49,730 bases of DNA from Blastocystis sp. subtype 4 (taxonomy: Eukaryota): positions 1 to 49,730 of the forward strand of contig NW_014569506.1 in the NCBI RefSeq assembly GCF_000743755.1, written 5' to 3'. Below the pieces are notes generated by a model. The model made no database searches, was not told the DNA's origin, and saw only the letters and a list, made by a program, of their open reading frames with translations. Position numbers and translations under genes: made by a program. How positions within the stretch are numbered: position 1 is the stretch's first letter; each line of letters begins with the position of its first letter. Below are positions 1 through 14,492 of the stretch, one piece after another.

Positions 1-71
1 CTGACATTCTGGATGAGTTCTATGCGCGCAAGGGAGTAGAGGCTCCTGAGGTGGACGAGAAGGAGGAATAG
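1..71 (+). CDS. 3' end of an unidentified gene (partial)
   Basis: Frame from 3 reads DILDEFYARKGVEAPEVDEKEE-TAG(69-71), followed by TGTTTGTT at 86-93. Confidence 0.6.
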   Translation, partial: DILDEFYARKGVEAPEVDEKEE

Positions 72-211
72 AGTGTTTTTTGAACTGTTTGTTGGAATGA
101 AGAGATAAGGAACCAGCAAAAGGGTAACAGAGTGAATGTAACTCTGAATGTGAAGACAATCGAACTCCATATTGAACAAAGCGGCCATTCAAAACCTTGG
201 CAAAACTCAAA

Positions 212-1695
<1,484 letters not shown>

Positions 1696-1709
1696 TAAAC
1701 ACAAAGTCT

Positions 1710-4700
1710 TTATGTTGAAACAACTTCATTTGATGCCTGATAGGCTTCAAGACGTTTCTTGAACTCTTCATCTACAGGCTGTCTAGTAAAGTATTCTTCC
1801 TGTCCATCTTTCAATATGACCCAAGCTTGAGGTACACCAAATAAACGTAATGGTTCATACATCATATGATGAACAATAGCCCATCGAACATCCCCAATAT
1901 GAACTTCTGTATCACATACTAATTCCAGATGAGTAAATTGTCCAATAACAGTGTTATCTGGTAAAGGAGAGGAATAAATGTTGACAATCTCTATTAGTAA
2001 ATTCAATACTTCATCGCTTACTCTCTGTATTCTTCTTGTATAAGTATGTTAATGCATGAATACAGTACATTTCATCTTCATTCTGAATTATTACACACAC
2101 TCCCTTCTGTATCTTATAATACTTGCAACACTGCTCTGTTAAGTAGCCATATTGAACACCATCAATCCATATTTCTTGAGCTACATCTACAGGAGATCCT
2201 ATGGTTTATTCCCTCATTCTATTCTTACCTGCAGGAATTATACCAACTCTCCCAGAAGAAGGATCTGTAGTTGTCAATACAGGCACATCAACACGACAAC
2301 GACACAAATGAGTCCGCAACTCCCGCTTATCAATCGATCGGTTTGTCGCTACTTGTAATTCAACTACTCATGACAGAAAATCTCCCGATTTTACACTTCT
2401 TGACACTCTTCATTCCTTGGATCACTCCAGTAAGATTCACTGTTGCTAGACTGGTATTCTTCAGCCAAGGATGTTCTAAACACTGCAAAGCCGTCATTCG
2501 TTTGGTAGGATCCACTACGATCAACTTGCGAATGAAATCCTTCGCATCCTCACTCACATTACTCCATTCTTTTGGATAGAATTGAAACTCCCCCTTTGAG
2601 ATACGTCGAAGTGTCTCAACATTGTTATCTGAAGCAAATGGAGGATAACCGCAGAGTCTAGAATTCATAGGAATTTTTGGAATGTACAGAATATATGTGA
2701 TTACGCCTACACTCCACATATCTACACTGCTGTCGTAGGGTTGGCTTCGTAACACTTCGGGAGCTGTGTAGCCAGGAGTTCCTAGCGAAGTGGTCAAGGC
2801 TCCATGTTCCATCCTCGATGAAAAGCCAAAATCAGTTAATTTAATGGAATCCAATTTTTGCCCACTTTTTATCAATTCCAATGTCATCTCTTACTCCATC
2901 AACAACATATTCTGTGGCTTTAGATCACGATGAACGACACCATTGGCATGACAGTATCCCACAGCTCCAACTAATGCTCTGACAATGACTTGAGCATCTC
3001 CCTCAGTAAACTGTTGGCGTTGTTTGATATAGTCGAAGAGCCGTCCTCCTGGAGCCAGTTCCTAATCTGAACGAATGGTGATACGAATACCATCACAATG
3101 TATTGATTATAGTCATCCTCAAAATACCCATAAAATTTGACAATGGCTTGATGACCTCGTAATAGAATCATGTTATAAACCTCTTTCTAAATATGACAGA
3201 GATATGAAGGGATTACTTGAAGCGCTGAACGTTCGTAAGCATTGAGTGAGTAGTGAGGTATCTTCTTCAGAGCATAGAAGTGGTGATCTTGTCTTGATTC
3301 TACAATCCAAACACTGCTATACTGACCATCACCAATCTGACGTTCGTATCGATATAACTTTGTGATGGTTGCATGAGTTGGGGTTAATTCTGTTGGTTGA
3401 AACTCCCGTTTTCCTTGAAGAATTGTTGCTAATGAAGGATACTTCCATTTGAAGATAGTGATGGTATAGAATGTAACCAAAGGAGTCCAGAGAACAGCAT
3501 TCGTAGCTTGGGACTCTTGAATACACTCTATGATCTTGCTAGCTTCACGTCGTAACAGCTCTTCATCTTGATCAGGTTCTGCTGAAGGTTCCCAGGACCT
3601 GGTAAGATATGCATCAAGACGAAGTAACACAGACCAAATGTCCAACTCACTCGAGATACTGTAGATAAGTCGCATGATCTCTCCTGATAGAGTTTTGATC
3701 TGTTTACTTGTCTCTTCGAGCTTTGGAAGCCATGCTCCTTCATGCAGAGGAGAAGGAGTGGGTTTCTCTTTCATCGTCTGAGATCCCTCGGATACTCCTT
3801 GTGATGAATTTGTACTCAGCTCTCGTGCTGAATGTGACCCTTTAGGTGACACAGTATGTAATGTTTCTACAGTCAATCTATCATTCCAATATTACCAGGA
3901 GATGAGAAGAGATTTGTAACAGAGGCATATCGAGTTGTTCTTCCTTCTCTTGCTGATACAGAGCCATCTCGCTGAGAATTCATACTTCGATACACTGATT
4001 CAGTCTCTGTGTTATGTGTGTGATAATAAGGAGTATGAGTTAAGGTACGATTCCCATGGAAAAAATCCAAAACCAAATAAGCAAACAGATCCTTTACAGT
4101 TGCTAGAAACTGTTTATAAGCTACTTGATCAGATGATGCAAACCAGAATGCTTCATTTGAGGCCTAATCATGAATCCTATCCAAGTAACGAGAACAGTAA
4201 TCAGAATAGCGCAAGTGGAATATCGATACGTCTCTCCTGAGTATAATGATTGAACATGAACAAAGAGAAGATTCTTCTTTAATGCCCCATATTGGGTGTC
4301 AAAAATACAAAGTCTTTTGTTACTTACAATAACATAACGTAATTTCCATTGATTCAATGCAGAATACTATCAATGAAAACTCATCTTGATCCCTACTCTA
4401 CGTAACAAGTATCCTTCCCAAAGAATGAATTCACGCGAATCTAAAATCTCACCTTCTCCATTTGTTAGGAGTTCTGCTGGAATTGCATAAAATGCCATTT
4501 GAATTTGCATTGAATCTTCGACAAATTCCTTATCCAAACGATCATCATTCATTCGTAAAGGAATACGACTCCGCAGTACACGATGTCCACGAAATAACAC
4601 ATCACGCAGTGTGTCTTTTCCAGGAGCAGCTAGTTATCAATTCCAATTCCAATAATAACCTTCATTTTTGGCAATGATATCGTTCATACTGTTTTCTCGA

Positions 4701-5534
4701 ACTTCAGCAATACTCTCTGGATCTTGGAGCTGTTTGGACTCCGCTTCCAACATCTCGATAGAAACAGAAGGATACTTGGCGCAACCTCGTCGTTTGCTGA
4801 TAGTGTTCATATCGGCCAAACGGAGGAAATAGAGTTCTTGAATTTGAAGAATCATCTCGTTTTGAGCGTTCACATCGTGAAGCGAGGAATTGGTGATGAT
4901 TGTCATGATATTGTCAACTGCAGTACTTTTTGTTACCTTTCGGAACTTCTTGATAATCTATGATGAAGAAATGAGAGTGAAGATACCTTTCGGATTCCGA
5001 TGTAATTCGTTGAACTGAAGTACTGAAGGAGAAGCATCTCACCCAGAAGATTATAGATTCGCTTTAGAACTTCTGGATCACGCCGGTTTCGTTGAAAGAG
5101 TCTGGGTTTCTATCCTAATAACCAATCTCTGAATTCTACTCTTCGAATATCATTGAGTACAATGGCTGACAATGCATCGTACTCCTCCACAATTGTCTGA
5201 AACTTCTTGTTATAATATTGATTGACCGAGATCACATCCTCAATCACGTCCTCAACAAATCTATTCATAACTATCCACATTCATATAACAAACGTTGCCA
5301 TTGCTTTTGCATCCATCTCCTGGATGTCTTCAGGAGACAAATCCGAAGAACTCAATCTTTCGGGATCTTTATCATTCCATATTTTCCTCCGATCAATGCA
5401 CTGCGCAATAACCTTCTTCAATAGTTTGTATTTGACAAAGGCACGCATTGCCTCTGGTTCGAACTTGACCAACTCCGTTCTTTCTATCATTTCCATCCAT
5501 TCAAACTATACTCGATAGTTTTCCCGTAAAGCAT
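1710..5534 (-). CDS. SPX-PH-CAMK-type Ser/Thr kinase with two C-terminal SH3b-like repeats (multi-exon, ~1,100 aa)
   Basis: Removing ~29-33 nt GT-AG introns gives one continuous frame. SPX: MLYGKTIETELVKFEPEAMRAFVKYKLLKK...EMLLLQYFSSTNYIGIRKIIKKFRK. PH: WEGYLLRRYSALNQWKLRYVIVSNKRLCIF. Kinase: IGDGQYSSVW, YALKKI, HRDLKPQN, DFG, GTPGYTAPE, DMWSVG, LCGYPPF. Genomic TAA at 1712-1710. Confidence 0.85.
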
Positions 5535-5614
5535 CGTGTCAAGATTTCTGAATATTCGATGAAACTACCGTAGAACAGAAATTGAAATTGAGTCATTTTG
5601 AAATATTACTAAGA

Positions 5615-5687
5615 GGGGGTGTAGCTCAGATGGTAGAGCGCTCGCTTAGCATGCGAGAGGTAAGGGGATCGATGCCCCTCTCCTCCA
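5615..5687 (+). tRNA. tRNA-Ala (AGC)
   Basis: 73-nt cloverleaf GGGGGTG..TAGCTCAGATGGTAGAGC, anticodon arm CTCGC-TTAGCAT-GCGAG, T arm AGGGG-ATCGATG-CCCCT. G3:U70 Ala identity pair; T-runs downstream. Confidence 0.97.
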
Positions 5688-5711
5688 ATCTTTTCTTTTT
5701 CAACAAACAAT

Positions 5712-8129
5712 CTAATTACCATAAATCTTATCAAACAACACACTATTTTCTCCCAAGATGACACAAACATACAGAGGCGGTTCAATTGTTACATCGAATT
5801 GATATAATGTTTGCTGATTGATTTGGATCCACGTACCTTCACTGTTTACAATTAATTCATCGGCAATCATTGCAAATCCTCCTGGTACCTGATACTTGAT
5901 AGGTTCATCTCGAGATGGAGATTTCTTTACTAAGTGGAAAGTCTTCCCCTTCTTAAATCGGCTCATATAAATTGATTTCTGTACTGGAACACAAATAGGA
6001 TTATCCATCTTTCTTCCTGCTAAAACCCACTCTATGGATCATATTATTCTTTTATTCTTACTTCCAGCTGGATTCTTCATATTACTGGTCTGTGCAGATC
6101 CATTGTTGAACACATGAATCCAGACACCATCAACCGAATCAATCATATTGTCTACACTCAAGATTGTACCACGAGGCATTGAAAACAAAGGGTTCTGAGA
6201 TGTTGTTGGATTCATAAACACCACTATTCATGACCCTCATCTTCTTCCTCTTACAACAATCAGCTATTGCCACATAGTTGAGTACTTGTAAGCCCATAGA
6301 AGCAACAGCTGCAGTATCTATGGTTTCATCTCCTTTCTCATCTCTTACTCACCATATGAGCTGTCTTTCGAGCATTGAATCGTTCTAATTCTTGTACAGC
6401 ACGATTCATATTCATTGTACTCTGAGACTCGAACATCATCCAGTGATGAGTTAATGCCTATAAATTCATTCTTTCAATCATATCTTACTTGATGAGCTGT
6501 CATACGCTGTGTTGGATCTACACATAACAATCGAGTGATGAAATTCTTTGATTCTTCACTCTTGTCTGCCCAACTCTCTCCATCAAAATTGAATATACCA
6601 TGGCAGATGTTATACAGCATGCGTTTATCATCATTCTGAGGGAATGGATGATAACCACATAATCTACAAATAAGTGACAACTTTTGGAATTACAAAATAT
6701 AGGCTATTACACCTAAACTCCACATATCCACTGCAGCACCATATGGTTTGTTCATAGCAATTTCAGGAGCGATATAACCTGGAGTTCCACAATATGATTT
6801 GAGAGTATTCGAAATATCCAGTTGGTTTGCTAAGCCAAAATCAGCAATTCGGATTGATTCCAATTTGCCTCGTTCTGCTAGCAGCAAGTTCTCTGGCTTC
6901 AAATCACGATGAACGATTCCTCTCTGATGGCAGTAATCCAGCGTACATAGAAGTGTCAGTACACAACGCTGCGCCTGTGCCTCGCTGAAAGAATGCATGC
7001 TGACGATCGCATTGAACAACTCTCCTCCTTTCATCAGATCCTGGACCAAATAATAATTGTGGTCATCTTCCCAAAAGTACCGCAGGCCCACAATATGAGG
7101 ATGACGACGTAACTTGTACAAAATAGCTGCTTCCTTCTATACCTCAGTCCAATGGAGCATAGTCACCATCACATTCTTTACATCAAGTGCCGTCATATTG
7201 GCTTTACTGATACGCTTCAGAGCAATACGCTCTGGATTACCACGAATCGTGCCAACATACACTGTACCATATTTGCCTGAGAATCAGGAATTCCATTGAT
7301 TATTACCTTTTCCGATGTTACTCTCTCCGATAAAAACTTCTCGAATATTCACTCTTGTTGGCTTCAATTCATCTCCAGTCACAGGATCATCAACAATGTC
7401 ATCAAACCCAGATACGAGACTGATTGCATACTGCATAAGGTTGTTGGTGACAAGGTCATCTTGAAGGTAGCGCAAACATTCCACAAAATTCAAATAACTA
7501 CAATCACAGTTCCCGATCTACGATTACTATGGTTTCTGAAGAGCAAGAATAGAGATATCCATCTTATTCTGATACTCTTGTACACGATTCAAAAGATGCT
7601 TCAAGTCTGCAGGTTGTTTACACTGGAAAAGACCGGAGAGAATATCTGCAAACTGAGTATCTGCACAATCTTCCTAAAAATCAGTTCCTTCATCGAAAAT
7701 CACATCCACATTGTTACGAGCAAAGATCATTTCCTTGGTTCGTAAACGCACTTGCTGGGACGTTTTCATAATCTCATCCAGATAAGAGTTGAACACTTTC
7801 ATGCTGTTTTCATCATTAATGAACAATAAAAAGGAGCCACTTGTGCACTACAAGTCAAAGTCATAGATAATGACTACAGTAATCTTTAAACCATATCCAT
7901 GGTCCATAGGTGTAGGGCTAACACTCAAGATATCTGGAATGAGGAATTTCCCAATCTGTTGTCCCTCATCAAGAGAAAGAAGCAAAATATATCTTCGTGT
8001 TAGCTGAACAGCGCATTTCTCCCTATGACTATACGAATTGGCCTACAACTTAGATCTCGTGTTCATTTGGTAAACCTTGAATTCTGCAAAGAAGCTTAGC
8101 ACAACTTCGCTATTGGAACTGGATGACAT
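5712..8129 (-). CDS. PH-CAMK-type Ser/Thr kinase with two C-terminal SH3b-like repeats
   Basis: ATG 8129 (MSSSSNSEVVLSFFAEFK...), PH-like N-terminus. Kinase motifs GGELF, HRDLKPENLLL, DFGLA, CGTPGYIAPE, DMWSLGV, LCGYHPF. CaMK regulatory-like ERFNARK. Repeats ...DSVDGVWIHV and ...NSEGTWIQIN. TAG 5714-5712. Confidence 0.85.
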
Positions 8130-8429
8130 TTCTTTGTCTCAGAACAATGATAGATTCCAAATCAACTATTAGGGGTTATATGAATATATGGCCCCTTATT
8201 TGCATGCTTAATTACTGATTAATTGGATATTATTGATACTTTTGCTTTTTCTCGATCAGTTCAAAAGCGCATAGAAGAAGAGCGCCTTAGTCACTTCTAT
8301 CAGTTGTAATACATTCTGTTCCTCAAAAGTGCCATTATTCGTCAACCACCCAATTTGCCCCTTTTTCTCACTTTAGTTTTGTATCTACATTTGTTTGCTT
8401 TCTGAGTGGCAATTTGTGCTGAAAACGGT

Positions 8430-10051
8430 ATGTCGCATCATTTAAGCCGATCTTCATCCAATCGTCACAGTCATCGTAGTCGGACGTATTTCGCTATGTT
8501 ATCATATTTATTTTGTAGTGAGTCGCATCATCATTACCATTCAAGACACGATAGACCTTCTTCTCAGTACCTCTTTCGCTCTCTGATAATGATCTTTAGT
8601 CATCACAGTACACATCACAGTCGCAAGGACTACTCTCGGTCACGTTCTCGAGAGGCATACAAATACGGTCATCGACATCGGTTCGGAGTGGTTTGTATTG
8701 TTTTATTTTAGTCATCGTGCAATGAGTCGACATCGAGATGGTCATTCATATAGTCAAAAGAGTTCTCATAAGTCATATAACGATGATAGCGAGAGAGATG
8801 ATTCAATCGGTCACTTTCTTGGTGGAAAGGGAGATATCATTGGAAACAAATGTGAGATCTCTTGTTTTCTCTTAGTTTCAGATAGAATCCTTAGCGAGTT
8901 GGGAACCGGCACTTTTGCTAAAGCATTTGAGGTTGTGAATATAGAAACGAATGAAAGGTGTGCTGTGAAGGTTGTTCGCTCGATTCCTCGGTACCTCCTT
9001 CATCTCCTTTTTCACTTAGCTATTGTCGATACGCCAAAGTTGAAGCTGAGATTGCCGCAGATATAGGCAAACGGGATCCAAAACACATTAGTCATTGTTG
9101 CTACTTGTATTGTTCGTATTCACTCTTCATTTGTAGAACAGATGAATTTGAATTCAGTGGGCATTACTGTATGGTAATGCCAATTCTTGGCAAGAGTTTA
9201 TATGATGTTCTAAAAGAGAATGATTACCGTCCTTTCCCCATGTCATATATTCGACCTATTCTTCGTCATGTGAACACTCGTTTGTACACTGATTGATAGT
9301 TGTTGGAGGCGATGCAGTTCATGCACAGTTTTGGTTTGACACATACAGATCTGAAGTTAGAGAACCTTCTATTCACAACTCCAGCAAAAGAAATAAGTTG
9401 TTTAGGCATTAGTGTTTGATGTGTAGGTGTTGTGAATGATGCTGGAGAATCATTGTGGATTCCAGATATAACAGATGTGACAGGTAAGCATGATCAGGAG
9501 GATTCATTGTAGTGATTGATTACGGTAGTGCAACTTATTCAACCGATCGAAGGAAAGGAACGATTAACACACGTCAATATCGTGCCCCTGAGGTTTTAAT
9601 GGGTATGGAGTGGGATGAAGAGTCAGATATTTGGGGAGTGGCTTGTATTGCTATGGAATTGTTTACTGGTGATCTTCTTTTCCAAACTGTTGGATTGAGT
9701 TGAATGGATTATGAATAGCATGATGATCTGCTGCATTATGCATTGATTGAAAAGATCGTTGGAAAGATTCCTGCAAAAATGATTAGCAATCTATCATCGA
9801 GGCGGCAAGGATATTTTGATTCTAATGGACACTTTATTGTGAGTGAGTTACATCATACGGAACAAGATCATGTGAAGAATCAGAAATCATTGAAAGTGAT
9901 GATATTAGGGTTTGGTAAGGTATAGGAACTCGTTGGTGCATCCTATCCCCAATTCTATGACTTGATGAAAAGTTGTTTGGCGATTGCACCCAATCTCCGG
10001 ATTACTGCTGCTGAAGCACTGATGCATCCATTTTTCTCTGGTGAGAATTGA
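8430..10051 (+). CDS. CLK/LAMMER-family dual-specificity SR-protein kinase
   Basis: His/Ser/Arg-rich N-terminus, DDSIGHF, LGTGTFAK, AVKVVR, HTDLKLEN, IDYGSA, TRQYRAPEV, LHYALIEKIVG (LAMMER position), ALMHPFF-SGEN-TGA. Many ~30-nt introns. Confidence 0.9.
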
Positions 10052-10105
10052 TCCTTCACTTATCTGTTTTGTTTTCATACACATTTGTTGCCATTTCGTT
10101 CTTCA

Positions 10106-13100
10106 ATGCATATATCTCTTCTTGATTTGTATTGTAGCACGTTGAAGGCAAAAAAGGAATCAAAGGTGTGTCCATCTTGCTTATCAAGCATTCAAGACTG
10201 TGACGTATTTCTCAACTTTCTTTCGAATCCTGTAGATGCATTTTATGGTCAGAAACAGAAAAAGTGATTCTGTTTTGGAGTTTCCTTATTCGTAGGTCAT
10301 CCAGGAAATTCGGTATGGTAAATTTCCTTACAGAGATAAGTTCTTGCAACAAAGATACCAAGTCTTATGATCCTATCGTTGTGGAGACTCTTTGTATTTT
10401 ATTAGGTCTTCGTTCCGAAGTTGCTCTGAAACATGTAGTTTCTGTGGATTCTGTGCTCAAGAGAGTCGATTTGGGTTTGTCACGTTCTACTTCATCCCTC
10501 TCTGTCGCCTCAGCATCTCTATTTCGTGAACACGATCGCTTTCTTTTTATTTTGGATCAATTGGTGAAGGATGCGGTATCAACTACAACAAGGAATCACG
10601 AATAGGGACAAAACAAGGCTCTCGGTACATTCTTAGAGGATCAGTTATTAAGTTATCTTCATCTTCATTTGTTGGATCTTCTCCAGCATGATGTGAACCA
10701 AATGCAGTTTATTCTCTCTCAATGTCAACAAGAGTATTCAATGATTCTGGACGATCTCACAAATGAAGTAAAACACTTGATTGCAATTCTCTTTCATCTC
10801 TGGTCATTTGTTCCAGTACTTTTCATTTTATTTACTTTATTTTAGATTTCATTCCCTCATTTGTCCTATCTTGTCTCAATTGCAGTTCAGTTGAATCCAA
10901 TTTCCTCTTCTGCTTTCTCTTTCACCAAACTCCTTATTCTGCATTCACTTTTATATGATCTTCATTCTAATTCTAAAGTGAATGCCATTAAGGCCTCTTC
11001 TAAAGTTAATTCATTGTTAACTGATAGTAATGCATGTGTTCATGACGTTCTCAGTATCTGTACCTCAACTATTCAGGTATTGGTCTCTCATTGATCTGAA
11101 GGACTAGTTTGATTCTATTCTTCAACTTTTGACAGTTGAATTTAAGTCTAATGACTATGGTTTAGCTGAAGCATGTCTAGTTGATCTTATTCCTCTCTCA
11201 ATGCCTCATTCCCTCACTTTCCTCCAATGTCTTATTGCAATGAGTCATACTGCTGAATCCATTGAGTGCCTCTGGCCTATTCTAGATTCTCTCATGAATA
11301 CCATCGATTCTACTCATGAACTCTTTGAATCCTACTGTGAGTTACTCTTTGGTATTGCTTCTCGTTCTCAATCAGATACCTATCACATCCTATTGTGCCT
11401 TCATCAACATACTTCTTCTCCTTGTTCTTTTTCTGTTCTCCTTGATACTCTTTCTGTCTCACCTTCACTCTCACTCGTTCATCTCTTTGGAAGTTTACTC
11501 AGTGGACTAGGTGAAAGTACATCTGATTCTCTGTGTGCTGTGCCTGAAGTAACTGATATTCTCTTTCACATTCTTCATTCTCATCCTTGTCTCCGAACAG
11601 CAGTCATTCAATCATTGACTCCTTTGGTTCGGGACGAGTCAACTGCTGATTTCATGTTATCCAAATTGATAGATCAGGGTTTATTAGGAGAGATAGAGCC
11701 TTCAGTAATGTGGTGTATGGAGAATGATATATTGACTGCCAAAGCATGGTTATTTCTATTGAGTCAAATTGCTTGTTATGCATCCCAATATTCTATTCTT
11801 GCTGATAACGCCTGTATGATCCTAAAATCATCATATCTCACTGATGCATGGCGAGTTCCAATTCTCACTTTCATCTTCTCTATATTAAAATCTTGGCAGG
11901 ATTCAAATATTCCAGAATTCCTATCGATTTTGGATACGGATCATTCATTTCATCATTATCTTATTCATTGCATTCCGATTGGTTCCACTTCAGCATTGTG
12001 TTCCTTACGAATTCTCCTTCTCCTTCTTCATCGCCCTCAGACACAATTCTCTCAGCAGGATGTGAGTTTATTGGCAACATTTGCTCTAAGAGAGATGGAC
12101 TTGGTGAAGCCTGGTTCTTCGTATATTCTTCATCGATTGAGTGCAGTTATCCTGCTATTGCTCTGTGATAAGAAACTGATTGATTGGTCTCAACAAGACA
12201 GTGAGCTTCTTGGACAATTCCGTACCCAGCTTTCTGTGTATGTGGAGTTAGCCTATGATGGTAAGGAGAAATGGCTCATTCTACTCCATACACTGATTCG
12301 TCTTCTATATTCATCATCAGGTCGGATTCTGTTGTGTGGTTCAGATCATCTTGATTGTATTTTCATTCGTTCACTTATCAAACATACACTTCTGGCTATT
12401 CAGACTCATTATATTCGATTTTTAACTGTCTCTTTGTCAGCCTTTGCTGTTCTTTCATCAGCTTTTCCTCATATTTTCTCTTCTTTTACATCTGTCTCCG
12501 CTAATATCACCCAACTCATTAGAGATTGGAGTCAGAATCCAATCGACACACCTCTTCTCTCTCTACTTCAGTTCCTTATTCACTGTCATGAGAAGACTCT
12601 TATTCAAGAAGCTACTTTGAATCAAAATCTCAGTGTCTGCTTCTCCAACGCCCGACTCCTACAAGCATTCCTTGTTGCCTCTCCTTCAGTTGTATCTAAT
12701 TCTTTCATTCTCTCTCATCTGTCTTCTTTTGATCCACAGACTCGTTCACTGTGTTATTTGCTCTTATTCAAGGAGACTTCCTTGTCAACGTGGTCGATTC
12801 CACAGCTAATGCGAGATGCTACGGATACTGACCTGATTCTTTCTATTTCTGCTATGGACATACTGCTTCGGATAATAGAGGTGCCAGAAAAGGTGAATTC
12901 AACAGTATCGGCAATGATGGAGATGGAACGCGAGATGAGTGTATGAAATTGTTCTATTATTGAATTATAGACTCTTTCTATGTGTTTGGAACAGAATGAT
13001 CAGGACATGCTTGTGAATCGTCGCGAATCCTTGTATCGTGTCTATAAGTATTATTTTTCTTTCTATATGATTCTAGATTGGAACGGAGTATGAATCTGCT

Positions 13101-13554
13101 TGAGTATTGCATGCAGTCACCACAGTATCGATCTTCCTCTTTTAAGAATCAATTATGCTTTACTATCTCCCGAACGAAGAATTTTTATTGTTTCTATCCA
13201 TCTATTGAGCGTGCTGAGGAATTACTCGTTGTTCCTCCTCCTCTCTCTCCTGAAGTCTTATCTCCGGTTCAGACACGTAATTTAATTTCAATTCTATTGG
13301 CTGTACTTCAATTTGCTGTCTTTCTGACAGATGACCAGGATAAGGACATTTTCATGATACAAAGCACGATTCTGAGGACATTCTCGGTTTTTGTTAGTGT
13401 TATTTTTGATCCTATGCCTCCATACGCGGTGAATCCATGTCTTCAACACGACTGTCAGGAATACATGCTAATGCTGGCGAAACAAGTAAAGCAAAAGAAA
13501 CCGCTTGTAGACGTTTTGAGTGATACTAATCCATTATTGAAGCTTGTTGATTGA
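10106..13554 (+). CDS. Large Leu/Ser-rich predicted alpha-helical (ARM/HEAT-like) hypothetical protein
   Basis: Chain of + strand ORFs linked by GT-AG mini-introns, including a ~1.8-kb exon (11129-12946). TGA 13552-13554 followed by TGTTTGTT 13560-13567. Start uncertain. Confidence 0.7.
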
Positions 13555-13613
13555 ATCCATGTTTGTTATCCCTTCACTTTCGCAGGCGAAGAATCCCTTT
13601 TGGATGCGTCAAA

Positions 13614-14488
13614 ATGAATGTACTAAAGCACCAAATTGGGGAACTATGGAGAAGTACAGTGACAACCCTCCGTAGACCTAAGATTGGAGTAAAGCAGATC
13701 CGAGGACGACTAACACCTGCCCAATTTGTAGAGGCTGGTGACAACCTTACTGCCAAGTGTCCAACATGGGAATGGATGAGCAGTGATGCTGACCATTGTA
13801 AGGAGTATCTTCCACCAAATAAACAATATCTGGTATGTAAACGAGGTTCATATATCTCACTGCTATTACCATAGTTGTATGCAGTCACAGTTCGCAAAGT
13901 ATGAAGGATGATGATACAATGGATGGCGAATGGCTTGTCACAGAGTATTCACAGGATATATCCATAACTACTAGAGAGCAGAAGAAACAAGATAATGAGT
14001 GTGAAGAAGAGATTATTGTCGCGCCTGCATCCGAATCTATTTCCATAGAGAAGAACAAAGCCATTGTTAATACCACATATTATGACGTATCTATTGTGTA
14101 TGATCCGTACTATCAGACCCCTCATGTGTATTTCTGTGGTTACAGAGACGTATATTCATTGATGAAGATGAATTGTAGGATGGCATGTACTTATCTTCGG
14201 AAGATATGATGAAGGATGTGGATGAGGACTATGTATTGCGGACAGTGACCTTAGATCCGCATCCTTTTGGACTAGTGGATCATACATGTCTAAGTGTCCA
14301 CCCTTGTATGCATGCGTCAACGATGAGTCATATGATATCCACAATGGAAGAGAATGGAAACACTGTAAGGTTGCATCGTTTAAATGAACTATAGATGCGA
14401 CCTGATCAATATCTCTTTCTCTTCCTCAAATTTCTAATGTCTGTTGTTCCAAATATCCACTTTGATTATACAACCGAAGTTCAGGTGT
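13614..14488 (+). CDS. ATG3: Autophagy E2-like enzyme ATG3; stop made by polyadenylation
   Basis: GRLTPAQFVEAGDNLTAKCPTWEW, YLPPNKQYL, YDVSIVYDPYYQTPH, catalytic HPC, YLFLFLKF..FDYT. Ends EVQV-T(14488)-tcat-TGTTTGTT. Confidence 0.93.
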
Positions 14489-14492
14489 TCAT

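Noticed and set aside
4725..4780. GTATCCTT (U12-type 5' splice-site consensus) on the - strand, also near 3440; on + at ~15906
   Set aside because: The frames read through openly, nearby AGs give lengths that would break the frame, and the ARP4 case encodes the conserved GASIL.
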